From: Squalus acanthias | Taxonomy: Eukaryota | Length of the DNA stretch: 64,000 nucleotides | Assembly (NCBI GenBank): GCA_030390025.1 | Contig: CM059433.1 | Coordinates: forward strand, 20,214,001-20,278,000 | Direction of reading: 5' to 3' | In this document: positions 27,481 to 40,380 of the stretch, in pieces | How positions within the stretch are numbered: the stretch's first letter is position 1 | How the letters are laid out: each line of letters opens with the position of its first letter | Translations under genes and position numbers: made by a program | Notes under the pieces: generated by a model | Database searches by the model: none | The model's input: the letters and a program-made list of their open reading frames with translations, nothing else | Told to the model about the DNA's origin: nothing

Positions 27481-28354
27481 GACTTATAGATGTTGAGTCT
27501 CTTTAGACAGCATCCTGGTGGCCACAGTTGCCATTCAAGTATGGATATTGTAATTCCCACTATCAACGGTAAATTAAGACACCCAGTCAAAAGTTAGTTG
27601 CTGTTAGTTAAATCTACCACCTCATTTCGGCACTTCATAATGAGTAATATGGAGCCTAATGACAGCTACAGCTCTATGAGTCAAATTTCGAGATGCACTT
27701 TGGACAAGGTCCGCAGTATCCAAAAGAAGGTTGTGTGCATGGACTGAACCATCTGAAAGTGTCAAATAAAATTACTCAACTTCATCAAATGCCTCAAGAT
27801 AGCTGCAAAGGAATCAACACAGGAAAAGGCCTTGTGGAAAAACAAATGGATTTCAGTGTGCAAACATCAGAGGGACATTGTCATCAAATGGTAATTGAAT
27901 GTTCCTTAACGAGAGAAAATTTGTAAATCCACGACAGTGCATTTGAAATTCCAATAAAATCAATTACAGCAGAATCACAGAGAATCTACAGGCCATTCCA
28001 TTGAAGCCAATGGAAATGAAAATCGGGAGTAGTATATAACAAGCGGCTGGTCTGATATCACCCCTGTTTACACTATCAGCAAAAGTTAAAACAATCCCTA
28101 TTGTCTCCCTCCCTAACAGCGCTGTGGGAGTACCTTCACCACACGGACCTCAGCGGTTCAAGAAGGCGGTTCACCACCACCTTCTCAAGGGCAATTAGGG
28201 ATGGGCAATAAATGCTGGCCTTGTCAGCGACGCCCACATCCCATGAACAAATAAAAAAAAGTTTGCACTGCTTATCAAAATTACTGTAAGGACAAGTTAT
28301 GAATCCAGACACAAGAAGTTCTACTTTGAGCACTGACAGTGTGATCCACAGTCG

Positions 28355-28980
28355 TCTTCTTCTTAGGCAGTCCCCCGGAACCGAGGATGACTTGCTTCCA
28401 CATTAAAAATGAGTTCTCAGGTGACTGATGAGTCCATTGCGAGACCTATACAGTCTCTGTCACAGGTGGGGCAGACGGTGGTTGAAGGGGCGGGCGGGTG
28501 GGGTGCTTGGGTTGACGTGCACTCCTTGCGCTGCTTGCGCTTGGCTTCTGCTTGCTCCCGGCGAAGAGACTCGAGGTGTTCGGTGCCTTCCCGGATGCTT
28601 CTCCTCCACTTTGCGCGGTCTTGGGCCAGGGATTCCCAGGTGTCAGTGGGGATGTTGCACTTTTTCAAGGAGGCTTGGAGGGTGTCCTTGAAGTGTTTCC
28701 TCTGCCCACCTGGGGCTCTCTTGCCGTGTCGGAGCTCCGAGTAGAGCGCTTGTTTTGGGAGTCTCGTATCGGGCATGCGGACAATGTGACCCATCCATCG
28801 GAGCTGATCGAGCGTGGTCAAAGCTTTGATGCTGGGGATGTTGGCCTGAGCAAGAACACTGACGTTGGTGCGCCTATCCTGCCAATGGATTTGCAGGATC
28901 TTGCGGAGGCAGCGTTGGTGGTACCTCTTCAGTGCCTTGAGGTGCCTGCTGTACATGGTCCATGTCTCTGAGGCATACAG
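28355..28980 (-). mobile_element. RTE-clade LINE 3' fragment
   Basis: Minus ORF 28417-29022 with LLYASETW, QLRWMGHIVRMPDTRLPKQ, AQDRAKWR and terminal CPTC; (GAA)n tail near 28355. Confidence 0.9.
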
Positions 28981-29096
28981 TAAGCTCAACTTTACTGAAG
29001 GAGGGGTGTTCTCCTGAGGCATTCTATTTGCAAAATGTTTTAAAAGTCACATGCAGAATGGCTAGAGGGAAGTTTTGAATCACTGGGGAAATAATT

Positions 29097-30541
29097 AGAA
29101 TCATAGAATGGTTACAGCACAGAAGGCGGCCATTCGGCCCGTCGAGCCTGTGCCAGGCTCTCTACAAGTGCACTTCAGCTAGTCCCACTCCCCCACCCCT
29201 TCCCCGTAGCCCTGCAAATTCTTTTCCTTCAGGTACTTATCCAATTCCCGTTTGAAAGCTACTATTGAATCTGCCTCCACCACCCTTTCAGGCAGTGCAT
29301 TCCAGATCATAACCACGCGCTGCGTAAAAAAGTTTTTCCTCATGTCGCCTTTGGTTCTTCTGACAATCACCTTAAATCTGTGACCTCTGGTTCTCAACCC
29401 TTCTGCCAATGGGAGCAGTTTCTCTCTATCTACTTTGTCTAGACCCCTCATGATTTTGAACACCTCCAATAAATCTCCTCTCAACCTTCTCTGCTCTAAG
29501 GAGAACAACCCCAGCCTCTCCAGTCTATCCACGTAACTGAAGTCCCTCATCCCTGGATCTATTCTTGTAAATCCTTTTTGCACCCTTATCTAAGGCCTCC
29601 ACATCCTTCCTAAAGTGCGGTGCCCAGAATTGGACACAATACTCCAGTTGAGGCCGAACCAGTGTTTTATAAAGGTTCATCATAACTTCCTTGCTTTTGT
29701 ACTCTATGCCTCTATTTATGAAGCCCAGGATCCCGTATGCTTTTTTAACTGTTTTCTCAACCTGCCCTGCCACCTTCAACAATTTGTGCACATATACCCC
29801 CAGATCTCTCTGTTCATACACCCCCTTTAGAATTGTACCTTTAATTTATATTGCCTTTCCTCATTCTTCCTACCAAAATGTATCACTTTGCATGTTTCTG
29901 TGTTAAATTTCAACTGCCACGTGTCCGCCCATTCCACCAGCCTGTAAACCAAGTCCAAAAAAGCAGTGGTCCGAGTACCGGCCCCTGGGAACACCACTGT
30001 ATACCTTTCTCCAGTCCGAAAAACAACTGTTCACCACTACTCTCTGTTTCCTGCCACTTAGCCAATTTCGGATCCACGCTGCCACTGTCCCTTTTATTCC
30101 ATGGGCTTCAACTTTGCTGGCAAGCCTATTATGTGGCACTTCATCAAACACCTTTTGGAAGTCCACATACACGTCAACCACATTGCCCTCATCAACCCTC
30201 TCTCTTACCTCATCAAGAAACTCAATCAAGTTAGTTGAACACGATTTGCCTTTGACAAATCCGTGTTGGCTTTCCTTAATTAATCCACACTTGTCCAAGT
30301 GACTGCTAATTTTGTCTTGAATTATCACTTCTAAAAGCTTCCCCATTACTGAGGTTAAACTGACTGTTCTGTAGTTGCTGGGTTTATCCTTACATTTTTT
30401 GAACAAGGGTGTAACATTTGCAGTTCTCTGGCACAACCCCTGTATCTAAGGAGGATTGGAAGATTATGGCCAGTACCTCCGCAATTTCCACCCTTACCTC
30501 TCTTAGCATCCTAGGATGCATCCCATCTGGTCCTGGTGACT
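29097..30541 (-). mobile_element. CR1 LINE 3' part with internal deletion, same subfamily as 1-2001
   Basis: Minus ORFs 29179-29583, 29525-29821 and 29903-30436 nearly identical to the copy at 1-2001. Confidence 0.92.
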
Positions 30542-30829
30542 TGATTGTACAATAGTAAAAAAAAAAATAGTTTTTATCACTAGAGAAGGAATTTGTACCA
30601 TTAAATTGAAATTGTATCGTATATTCAGTCTACAGTGTTACTGGAACGTTAACTGCCAGTTCTTTTCCATTCAGAATATTGTCTTGGCAATGCTCAAGCT
30701 ACCTGAGGAAGATGGTAGATGACCTGGAATTAAATATCATTCACGTCCCTTCAAAGCCTTTGCACAACTAGTGGGGTTTTATTCCAGTTTTGTCCTGGTG
30801 TCCATAAGCTTTCACCTAATAAATTCCAG

Positions 30830-32422
30830 GGGCTAGAAATTCATGTACTTACCGCCACTCCATAGCGCCATGAAATGGAGATAAAATGGCGGCCGCCGCT
30901 CTTTCGCCAGCTGGTGGCGGGTCCCGTGGCGGCCGCCATATACCTCTCCCCATTTGCGCTGTCGGTAACTGGCAGCGCACTGGAAAAATCTTGGTGGCGT
31001 GGTGACATTAATTGGCGTGCAACACCAAATTAACATCACCAACGCGAACTTTGACTATAGCGCCGGGTCCTAAGCACACCAGGTTAATCTTTTTTATTTT
31101 AATTTTTAAATTTTTTTTATTGAAGTGGTGGCTTGCTGCAATAGATGTGAAAAGTTTTTTAAGTGTGTAGGGAGTGCTGCTGGATGCTTGCAAGGGCTCA
31201 GATAGTAAATGAAGGCCTTTGAGAAGACAGAACATGCTGCGAATACTCAGCAGGTCACTCAACATCCATGGAGAGAAAAACAGAGTTCACGTCTCAGGTC
31301 GACATGCTGCCCGACCAAATGAGTATTTCCAGCATTTTATGCTGTCATTTCACATTTACAGCATTCGCTTGCACAGGGAAGAGGAAGATGCAGAAGAGGA
31401 AGACGCAGAAGAGGAGGAATCAGACGGAAGATGCATCCCAAACAGTTCGTTTGTGGCTGGGATATCCGGGATGGAATCATCCACCTGTGGTCCCATTGGC
31501 TGGGCAGGCTGCCTCTGCTTATTGACCCACTGGCTGGGCAGGCTGCATTTCTTGGGTGTGTGAAATGAGGAAGGCACAAGGGTGGAGTTGTGCTGATAGG
31601 AGGGCGGGAATGCAAGAGGTGAATGCCAGAAGGAGGATAACGTATGAGGATATGATTGTTCGTCAGTGAGTGATTGGGGATTGTGCATTGAACAGTGTGT
31701 GAGGCTAGTGGTGCAGTTGGTAGGAGACGGCTTTTGAAGATGCATTCACTGACCTTGACCAGTGGTCTGAGGTCATGAAGCTTCTTTGGGCACTGGAGCC
31801 AGGTGGTGGGGGCGACAGTGACGGCCTTAGTGATGTACTCCCACATCGTTCTTTCTGGAGGGCCTCCTGGCCCCTATGGGTAGAGGGCCGCTCTTGCAGT
31901 GTTGACCCCCTGCACAAAGCTGGAGTGCTGCATGTCAGACCCTTGGTGCCCCTTCCCTGGCTTGCTGAGCCATTTGTGTTAATGCTGAGGCAGTTTTCCC
32001 AATTTTTGAGGTTAGGAAGGTAATTCAGCTTTAACAGCTGAATATTCACATTTGGAACTTCTTTTAAATATTGAATATTTCTTAAAAGGCAGAAATGGCT
32101 GAAAAATGTATTGAGTCACTGCATTTTATTTTGTATTGCTTCAGTGTGCATGGCCCCTTTAAATCTCAGACCTCTTCATTGCCCACAATTCCTTGCGAGC
32201 TCCACAGGTTCGCTCACAGAGGCTGTGGGAAGCTGCAACGCCGGACCTGGACAGGAACTTTGGGTCGGATCCCTCCAGCAATGCCACCAGGACGGCGTTG
32301 CACGGAAGGTGAGCGCTGTGCCACCTATCTCCATGCCCCCAGACCAATTTCACTCGGTTAGATTTGCGGCCATTTCCAGCGGCCGTTAACTGCATATGCT
32401 GGTGAACACAAATTTTTCCCCC
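30830..32422. mobile_element. Non-autonomous Harbinger deletion derivative with a Myb/SANT-like remnant (-) and an acidic transposase-tail-like stretch (+)
   Basis: Ends GGGCTAGAAATT and AATTTTTCCCCC; CAG duplicated at 30827-30829 and 32423-32425. Minus strand reads WEYITKAV..PTTWLQCPKKLHDL..VK then a GT donor; plus strand EEEDAEEEDAEEEE near 31378-31420. Confidence 0.8.
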
Positions 32423-32482
32423 CAGGTCAGGCAGCTCTAATAATGATAAGTCATTGTGGTACAGATCAGTACTGTTCATGGT

Positions 32483-35400
32483 TGTAATGTATTATCACAT
32501 GGTTTGTCACATGCTCAGTTCACTCTGGCCGAGTAAAGCAAGCATATGGACTAGCAACTCATCCTGTCCCTGTCCTTCATTTGTTCTACCCACATATATT
32601 ACATTTTTGGCAATGAGGATGGGATTCCAACGCCATTTTTAGGGATCATGGAAGGACACAGTGTTCAACCTTCGAGTAGAAAAGTTTAAGATGAATTTGT
32701 GACACCTAAACTGAACTTTTTGCGATGTTTTACCGTTAATGCTCATGCAGAATCGTCTGTGCTTTGTCTTCACGTGTATGCATACACAGCAACAGCGGCA
32801 TTGATTCTCACAGGTACACAGGTAGCGTGCTGAGTCACTGTTCGACGGGATCGGGACAATCATGGCCATGCCTACGGGATTCATCGGAAGCCTCGGCATG
32901 TATGACCGAGCTCGCGAACCATTCAGTTCTTACATTGAGCGGATGGAGATGTTTTTTAGGGCCAATAACATTATTGAGACCGAAGGTGCAGATGAGAATG
33001 TTCAAGCTCAAAATAAAGTAATTCATGAACATAAAAAAGCAATTTTTGTAACGGAGATCGGGCCAGATGTTTACGGAATATTGACAAACCTACTCGTGCT
33101 AGGGAAAGCGAAGGATGTGTCGTTTGAAGACATTGTCGAGAAACTTGAGGACCATTTCAACCCAAAGCCATTAGAAATAGCAGAGAGCTATAAGTTTGGT
33201 ATCAGAAACCAAAAACAAAGTGAAACCATCAGTGAGTACATTGTAGCTCTTAAAAACCTGTCTTTGCATTTTAACTTCGGCACATTTTTGGATCGTGCGT
33301 TGTGAGATAAGTTTGCGTGTGGACTGATGGATGAGCGCACACAGTCCAAGTTACTGAACACTCCGAACCTAACGTTTGACATAGCATGCAAACTTGCCCT
33401 ATGTATGGAGATGGCGTCTAAGAATGCTAGGGAGCTCCGTCCAACTCAAGTGACGAGTGCAGCTGAGGTCAACAGTCAGAAAGCCACCGCCAAACCTAAA
33501 GTTGTAAGACCAAGTCAAAAGCATGTCGGTGAGAGCAGTTCAGTAAATTGTTATCGCTGCAATGGAAATCACTCACCACAGTCCTGCCAATACAGAAATG
33601 ATAAATGTTTTCACTGCAGAAGCAAGGCCATATTTCAACAGCATGCAGAGCTAGATTGAAAGCAGGAAATAAGAACCATTCTAGTGACAATGCAAAGCAG
33701 CGACAACAAATTCACAATATTGAAGCGAACACACCTGATGTTGAAGAGCTAGGCATCTACAGTATCTATTCCACTAGCGGCAATGCAAGCAATCGTGAGA
33801 AAGACTTCAGTACAAAACATTTGATTAACGACCAATATATTGATATGTGTATCGACACAGCGGCGGACTGCTCTATCATGAGTAAGGACACATATGAGAG
33901 TAAGTTTAATCAAATACCACTTACAAAGAGTATCGTAGAGTTAAAAACCTACTCCGGAGAAATCCTAGAGACATGTGGACAAATGGAATGTACAGTTCAG
34001 CACAATGGCCAGTCAGTAAAGCTGCCTATTATTGTAGTGAGCTCCAACAACAGGCCAACCCTCATTGGCAAAGACTGGTTGAGAAAGTAAAAACTAGACT
34101 GGAAAAACATCTTCAGTGTAGATGCTTCAAAGAAGTGACTCGACACAATACTGAACAAGTGTAAAAGCATGTTCTCAGCCAGTTATGAGGGCATCACTGG
34201 GTATGACGCACATATCCACATCAAGCCCAACGCGAAGCCTGTCTATTGTAAGGCAAGGCCGGTCCTCTATGCATTGAAAAGTCAGGTGGAGGAAGATCAA
34301 GTGAAGCTGAGAGAGAACGGAGTGCTAGTAAAAACAGACAAAAGTGAATGGGCTACCCCGATTGTGGTAGTGCCCAAAGCAGACAAAACTGTACGCTTGT
34401 GCGGTGACTACAAAGTTACTATCGACCAAGCAGTTGGCGATGAGCAGTACCCGTTTCCTACATCACAAGATTTGTATGCAACACTCTCCAGGTCAAAGGT
34501 TTTCTCCAAGCTTGACCTGTCACATGCTTACGCTCAGCTGAATGTTGACAAAGAGAGTCAACAGTATCTCACTATCAACACACACAAGGGACTGTACTCA
34601 TACACCAAGCTGCCGTATGGTGTAAAGTCCTCCCCCAAAATCTTCCAGGCTACGATGGATAAGATTTTGCAAGGCATTCCAAATTGCTTATGCAATCAAG
34701 ATGATGTGCTGATCGCAACGAGCAGCGAGGAAAAAAATCTAGAAGTGTTAGATTTAGTGCTTCAAAGGTTGATTTCCCACAATGGCAAATTGAAATGGAG
34801 GAAATGTGCTTTTGTGCAGCCTGAGGATGTGTACCTTGGTCTGAAAGTTGATGCAAATGGCTTGCAACCAATGAAGGAAAAGGTTGATACTGTCAACAAT
34901 GCTCCAAAGCCACAGAATGTGTCTGAGTTAAGATCTTTCCTTGGAATGGTCCAGTACTATGCATGTTTCTTACCTGAGCTAGTGACCATGTTAGTTCCAT
35001 TGCACGAGCTCCTCAAGAAGGTTGTCCAGTGGAAGTGGACAAAAGCACAACAGGAAGCTTACGATGCTTGTAAGAGAAGTCTCTCTAGCGATGCTCTACT
35101 TGGGCACTACGACACAGAGCGTGAGCTTAAGTTAGCGTGTGATGCTTCTAGCTATGGTGTGGGAGCTGTCATAAGCCACGTAATGGATGTTGGCCAAGAG
35201 AAACCAATCGCATTCGCATTGCGCACCCTCACAAAGAGCGAAAGAAACTACGCGCAAATTGAAAAGGAAGTACTCGCCATAGTGTTTGGAAAGAAGAAAT
35301 TCCAACAGTTCCTGATTGGCAGAAAGTTTACCCTGATAACCGATTACAAACTGCTCCTAGCAATATTGGGGCACAAATCTGCCATCCCTGCAATGGCCGC

Positions 35401-37167
35401 ATCAAGAATGCAACATTGGGCAGTGTTGTTGTCATAATATGACTACACGATTGAATATCGCACTTCAAAGCAAAATGCAATCGCAGATGCCTTGTCCACG
35501 TTGCCACATGAGGACTCATGTGTTGGGAGTGAAGGTGAGATTTTCATGCTAGGTGCAGTTGACAAAGAATTTCCTGTGAATGCAACTGAGATTGCAGATG
35601 AGACTCAAAAGGACTCAGTACTGAAAAGAGTGTATGAAAACACCTTAAATGGATGGACTGATCAGTGTATGGACACAGAATTGAAATCATTCCATAACCG
35701 TCATACTGAATTATCTTGTGAGCAAGGTTGTATCAAGTGGAGAAACAGAGTGGTGGTACCTACTTCTTTGAGAGATAGAGTTCTGGCCGAACTTCATACT
35801 GAACATCCAGGGATCGTCAGTATGAAATCAATTACAAGAAGCTTTGTTTACTGGCCTGGATTGGACAGTGATCTTGACTGACTTGTCAGCAAATGCAGCG
35901 TTTGCCAAAATTGCAGAAACAAACCACCCAAAACTCCACTACAACCCTGGTCATGGCCAAGTAGACCTTTTCAGAGAGCACATGTAGACGCCTGTGAGAA
36001 AGCAAATGATTATTTCCTGGTACTTGTAGATAGTCACTCAAAGTGGATTGAAGTGAAACACATGGGTTCAAATACTACAACTGAACGTACCACAGATGAG
36101 TTGAGGTCTGTCTTCGCATGTCATGGCTTACCTGAAGAGCTTGTTTCTGACAATGGCCCTCAGTCCTGCTCTGCTCTATTCCAACAGTTCATGAAATGGA
36201 ACGGTATCAAACACACTCGTTTCACCATATCATCCAGCTTCTAACAGAGCAGCCGAAAGGTCAGTCAGAATAGGATAAGAAGCTCTCAAAAAGCAAGTGT
36301 TGCAGGGTTGTTCTGGACTCAGCCTGAAGCAACATTTGGCAAATTTCTTGCTGAAGTACAGAACTACTCCGCACACTACAACTGGATATAACCCAGCAGA
36401 ACTCTTGATGAAGAGGAGATTGAGAACACGATTGAGTCTTGTTCAACCAAATTTGGCCTCAAGAGTTGAACAGAAACAGTTGAGTCAGAAAGGTTATTAT
36501 GACAGCAATCGGAAAGAACGCAGTTTCAGACAAAACGAGTGTGTTCGTGTTCTCAGTCCCCCTGGCAAGTTGAGTTCACACACGTGGGATATAGCAACCG
36601 TGGTAGAGGTTGGTGGACCAAGAGCTATTTGGTTGAAATTGGTGACAACATCCGAAGTGTTCGTGCAGATCAAATGATCTCTGCTAGCATGAACCAAGAT
36701 GTGATCTTGAACCACTTGATCATGAACACATACATGAGTCTGACTCCGTTCAGGCTTCAGAAACTGAAGTATCAGGTTCAAACAAGTCTGAGATAGAAAC
36801 AGGATCACCTTTGAGTTTGGAACCAGAACAAAACAGCCCGAAAATTGGTTCAACACCAAAACCTTCTGTAAGGAGATCAGGAAGGCTCCACAAACCTGTT
36901 ATTAAACTGGATTTGTAGTTTATTTAAAAGAAAAAAAGCCAGGAGTTTTTGTTATGTGGTGCATGTAATGCTGGGAAAGGTGGGACCATAGTTTTGTTGT
37001 ATTTGCGAGGGGAATATGTACATATTTTTAAGGGGAAAGCAGTGTAATGTATTATCACATGGTTTAGTATGAGCATGCTCAGTTCGCTCTGGCCTAGTAA
37101 AGCAAGCACATGGACTAGCAACTCATCCTGTCGCTGTCCTTCATGTGTTCTGCCCACATAGATTACA
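32483..37167 (+). mobile_element. Full-length but decayed Ty3/Gypsy LTR retrotransposon (Mag/K02A2.6-like), 4685 bp
   Basis: LTRs 32483-32603 and 37043-37167 (TGTAAT..ATTACA); TSD ATGGT; PBS 32608-32625; PPT ~37030-37042. Domain order gag (zinc knuckles), PR (IDTAAD), RT (WATPIVVV, RLCGDYK), RNase H (DAS), IN (H..H..C..C, SDNGPQ); several stops and frameshifts. Confidence 0.96.
32862..36780 (+). pseudogene. Disrupted Gypsy gag-pol
   Basis: Broken ORFs 32862-33305, 33327-33659, 33605-34090, 34169-35437, 35492-35881, 36053-36244 and 36297-36677. Confidence 0.92.
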
Positions 37168-37419
37168 ATGGTGGTACCAACAGAAGTAATTTTAATGACA
37201 TCTGATACAAAATGAGAACTGTGCCACCATTTCTGAAAATGTGGTCTGGGAGAGGCATACCAGTATTGTGTCTGCACTAATGGGGGTATTAGAGGAACTG
37301 ACTTATTTATGATTTACTCGTCAAACCAAAAAGGTTCTTGAACATAGGTTTATTGAGCAGAAAGTACATACAATCGTATTTAAATATACACCTAAAAGGT
37401 CATGCGGGTTACTTTGCTG

Positions 37420-39601
37420 ATAAGACACGCCTGTTTGAAAGGCTGGGTTTAGGACACAATTTGGTCCTAATTGCAGATGATCATAATTTGAACCTGCCTG
37501 CAGGCGCTAAAACAGACACCTGCGGGTTTAGCACTCAAGGGCGGTTTAGAAGCAATTTTCCTGGAGACGTATATGTGGGCTCCATACACCCACTTCCACT
37601 GAAGATATGGAGTACGCTGGCTGACACCTAACAGCACATTTTAGGATGGCTTAGGGATCGAGGGACAGAGCGAACAGGTTCTCGGACGTGGCACTGGAGA
37701 TCCTGGTGGAGGAGGTCCAGAGGAGGAGGGATGTCCTGTGCCCGCAGCGGGGCTGGAGTCCACCTCGCCCTCCTTGCCCTCCTGTCCCTCTCTCTTGCAG
37801 CAGCTGGTGCTGCTCTGCCTGGCCTCTTGTCTTCCTTCTATTCCTCTTGCAGACTAAGGGGGCTCCCTAGCAAGATGCCCATGACCAAGCACTCCCTGGT
37901 GACTCCGATAAGGTATCCAAACAATTTAGAGGAGCGCAGTACTTACTCTTTTTAGGTGAAGTCCTAACCCGGCATTGCAGCTCAAGACCTATATCTGGGA
38001 AACTGCAGAGGCTCTTTAGCACTGAAAGGAGCAGGGGAAAATCGCCCCCCACCCCATAACTTATAACTGCATCTAATGGTTTTGTTGGGGATCCAAACAT
38101 GTTACAGTTCTGAGCTCAGTACCTTAGGCCTTCATGAATCCAAATACTTATTACAAACTGTCAGTTTTTATACCTTCACTCACCCCCTCTACATGACAAT
38201 TCACATGCTTCTGCATTATAATTATATAAAAGTTAAAATACAACTTTGTATAAGGAGAATTTAACTCTCTTATCCCTTACCAATAACTTTAGTTTTCCTT
38301 ATTTAACAAGCTCTTTTTCCATTGCACTGATTCAGAGTGGTAAACTCCCTTACTTCGATATCTTATTGATAGCTTCACTCTTGTTACATGTAATTGCTAT
38401 TCATCCAGGTGAAACCTTTAATTATAAGTGTTGTTAGAAATCGCCAAGTTACGGCTATCTCTGGTCACTTTAAATAATCGGGTTGGACTGCAAACCAATA
38501 TGGTGGGTATATTGCGCTTAATCAGAGCTTAAGTCGGAATATAACACATTAGTTATACAGCAAAAACATACGACCGTGACAAGAAGCTGATACCGATCCA
38601 ATCGGAAAGACGGTTGACACATGTGCGCAATTCTCTTCTTCCTTTCGTCTGTGAGTACAAGCTCTCGCTCTCTCTCTCTTTCTCACAAGCTTTTGGGAAG
38701 TCACTTTTATTCTACTTTTAGGGGTGGGCCTGAACCTGGATATTGACAAGACCTTTTGACCTATAGAAGTTCCCCTAAAACCTTAATATCCAATGGAACT
38801 TCTAGTTCTTTGTCTCGATTCTTGTGTCAAAACCCGCCCTAAAGATGTAACACATTTTGGCCACATGTCTTTCTCTGTTTATATTTTCCCAGGGTTTCCT
38901 TCCTGTGGAATTCGTGTCTTATCTCTTTCGTCCGTATCCTCCTTTGATCTCAAGAGGCCCAGCCAGAAACCTGTTCGCTTCAGAGTGTTACCTCCGTTAT
39001 GACGTAGCAAATGTTTACGTTAACTTCCCCAAACTTCCTTCCGTTATCTTCGCAAGCAGTTCTGTTAAGCCAACTTCAAATCCTACCTTAGCGTTATACA
39101 TAAAATACATAAACAAGGTTCCAGTCTTAACTTAAAAACAACAGATAATCGCTTAGCAACAGGGAGATGGTACCTCCGTAGGAAACCAAAACATTAGCAC
39201 TTCTAAGCATTTGTCTGTCCCAAGGAGACTTTCCATCTGCAATTCGAACATAACCATTTAAACACAGCATTTTTCACGTCACCATTTTAATCGCATAACC
39301 AGATACATTTTTAGGCATCTTTAGTTTCTAACAGTGTGTCTTTGTTTCTATATCATTGGTATCAATTAAAAAGCATGATGTATGCCCAGATAGGTTTTTT
39401 TTGCAGAAGGCAATGGCGTGTGTTCTCAATTTGGGCTGCGGCTAAATGAGAGGCCTCTGCCCATTTCAAATTTGTTTAAACTAATCAGAGCTTGCACTGC
39501 AAGAACTTAGAATGGTCCTCAAACCATTTCCTTCTGGCGTGCGAGTCTAGCATGCTGACCATTTTGCGTCTATTATCAGGCGCTATCGAATTTAGAGCGC
39601 C
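37420..39601. mobile_element. Probable Harbinger deletion derivative with Myb-like N-terminus (+) joined to a transposase-like N-terminus (-), interrupted by a solo LTR
   Basis: RFSDVALEILVEEVQRRRDVLCP at ~37676-37745; minus-strand MGILLGSPLSLQEE..RERDRRARRAR from ATG at 37882; CAGGCGCTA near both ends. Left terminus and TSD not found. Confidence 0.55.
38432..39333. mobile_element. Solo LTR, 902 bp, 4-bp TSD
   Basis: Termini TGTTAGAAA and TTTCTAACA form a perfect 9-bp inverted repeat; GTGT duplicated at 38428-38431 and 39334-39337. Confidence 0.85.
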
Positions 39602-40380
39602 ATTATTTTAATATTAGAACTATGACTTCCACAGGCTTACAGCTCCGATTGTTCTACAGAGGCAGATGTAGCTCAGTGAGTTGCGATGTGGAATCAGCTT
39701 ACAGCTAAGCTTCCGAAAACAACACCATCAGGTGTACAGGCTGAGCAATTACCTGTACCTTTACATGTGTACAGCACCAGTCATCGTGAGAACTGGGGGC
39801 TGTGCTTGCGGCATCAAAGTTTCGAGTAAAAAGAAGTGTGTTTCTTTAGAAATAGGTCTTCTGATTTATCCCTGAAGAGGTGAAGCAATAGCTGCTCCTA
39901 TTCTTTCAGCACAAAAGTGCAACTTGTGGAAATCCTTGTCAATATTTTAACGTAGCTCATACACTTGCTTCACTTGATTGATAAGATCGTATACTTTATT
40001 GCTGTACAAAGTGCAGCTTTGCAGTTTGACTATGATGCCAACCCACTGGGGCATCATTTTATAGGCAGTCAAAACAACCACAATGAATTTTATATTTATC
40101 ACTACATTCATCAGGGAGCTAACATTTTTCTTGGCATCAGAACGCAAAGGTTTGCCTATCTATATAGATCTTGCTATAGCTATTGCTCCGCAGCACAAAA
40201 ACAACAAGCTCAGGAAGAATAACTTGTAATAAGAAGGCATAATCCATAGTACCCACAACCTTGTAAGACTAGTAGAAATGCTGGCATGCTGTCAGCCTCT
40301 CTGGCCAACAAGTTATGTACACATCAATGAGGAGCTGCCTTTGATTATTTTTAGCTAAATTTATGCTGGTGGTTTCATTT

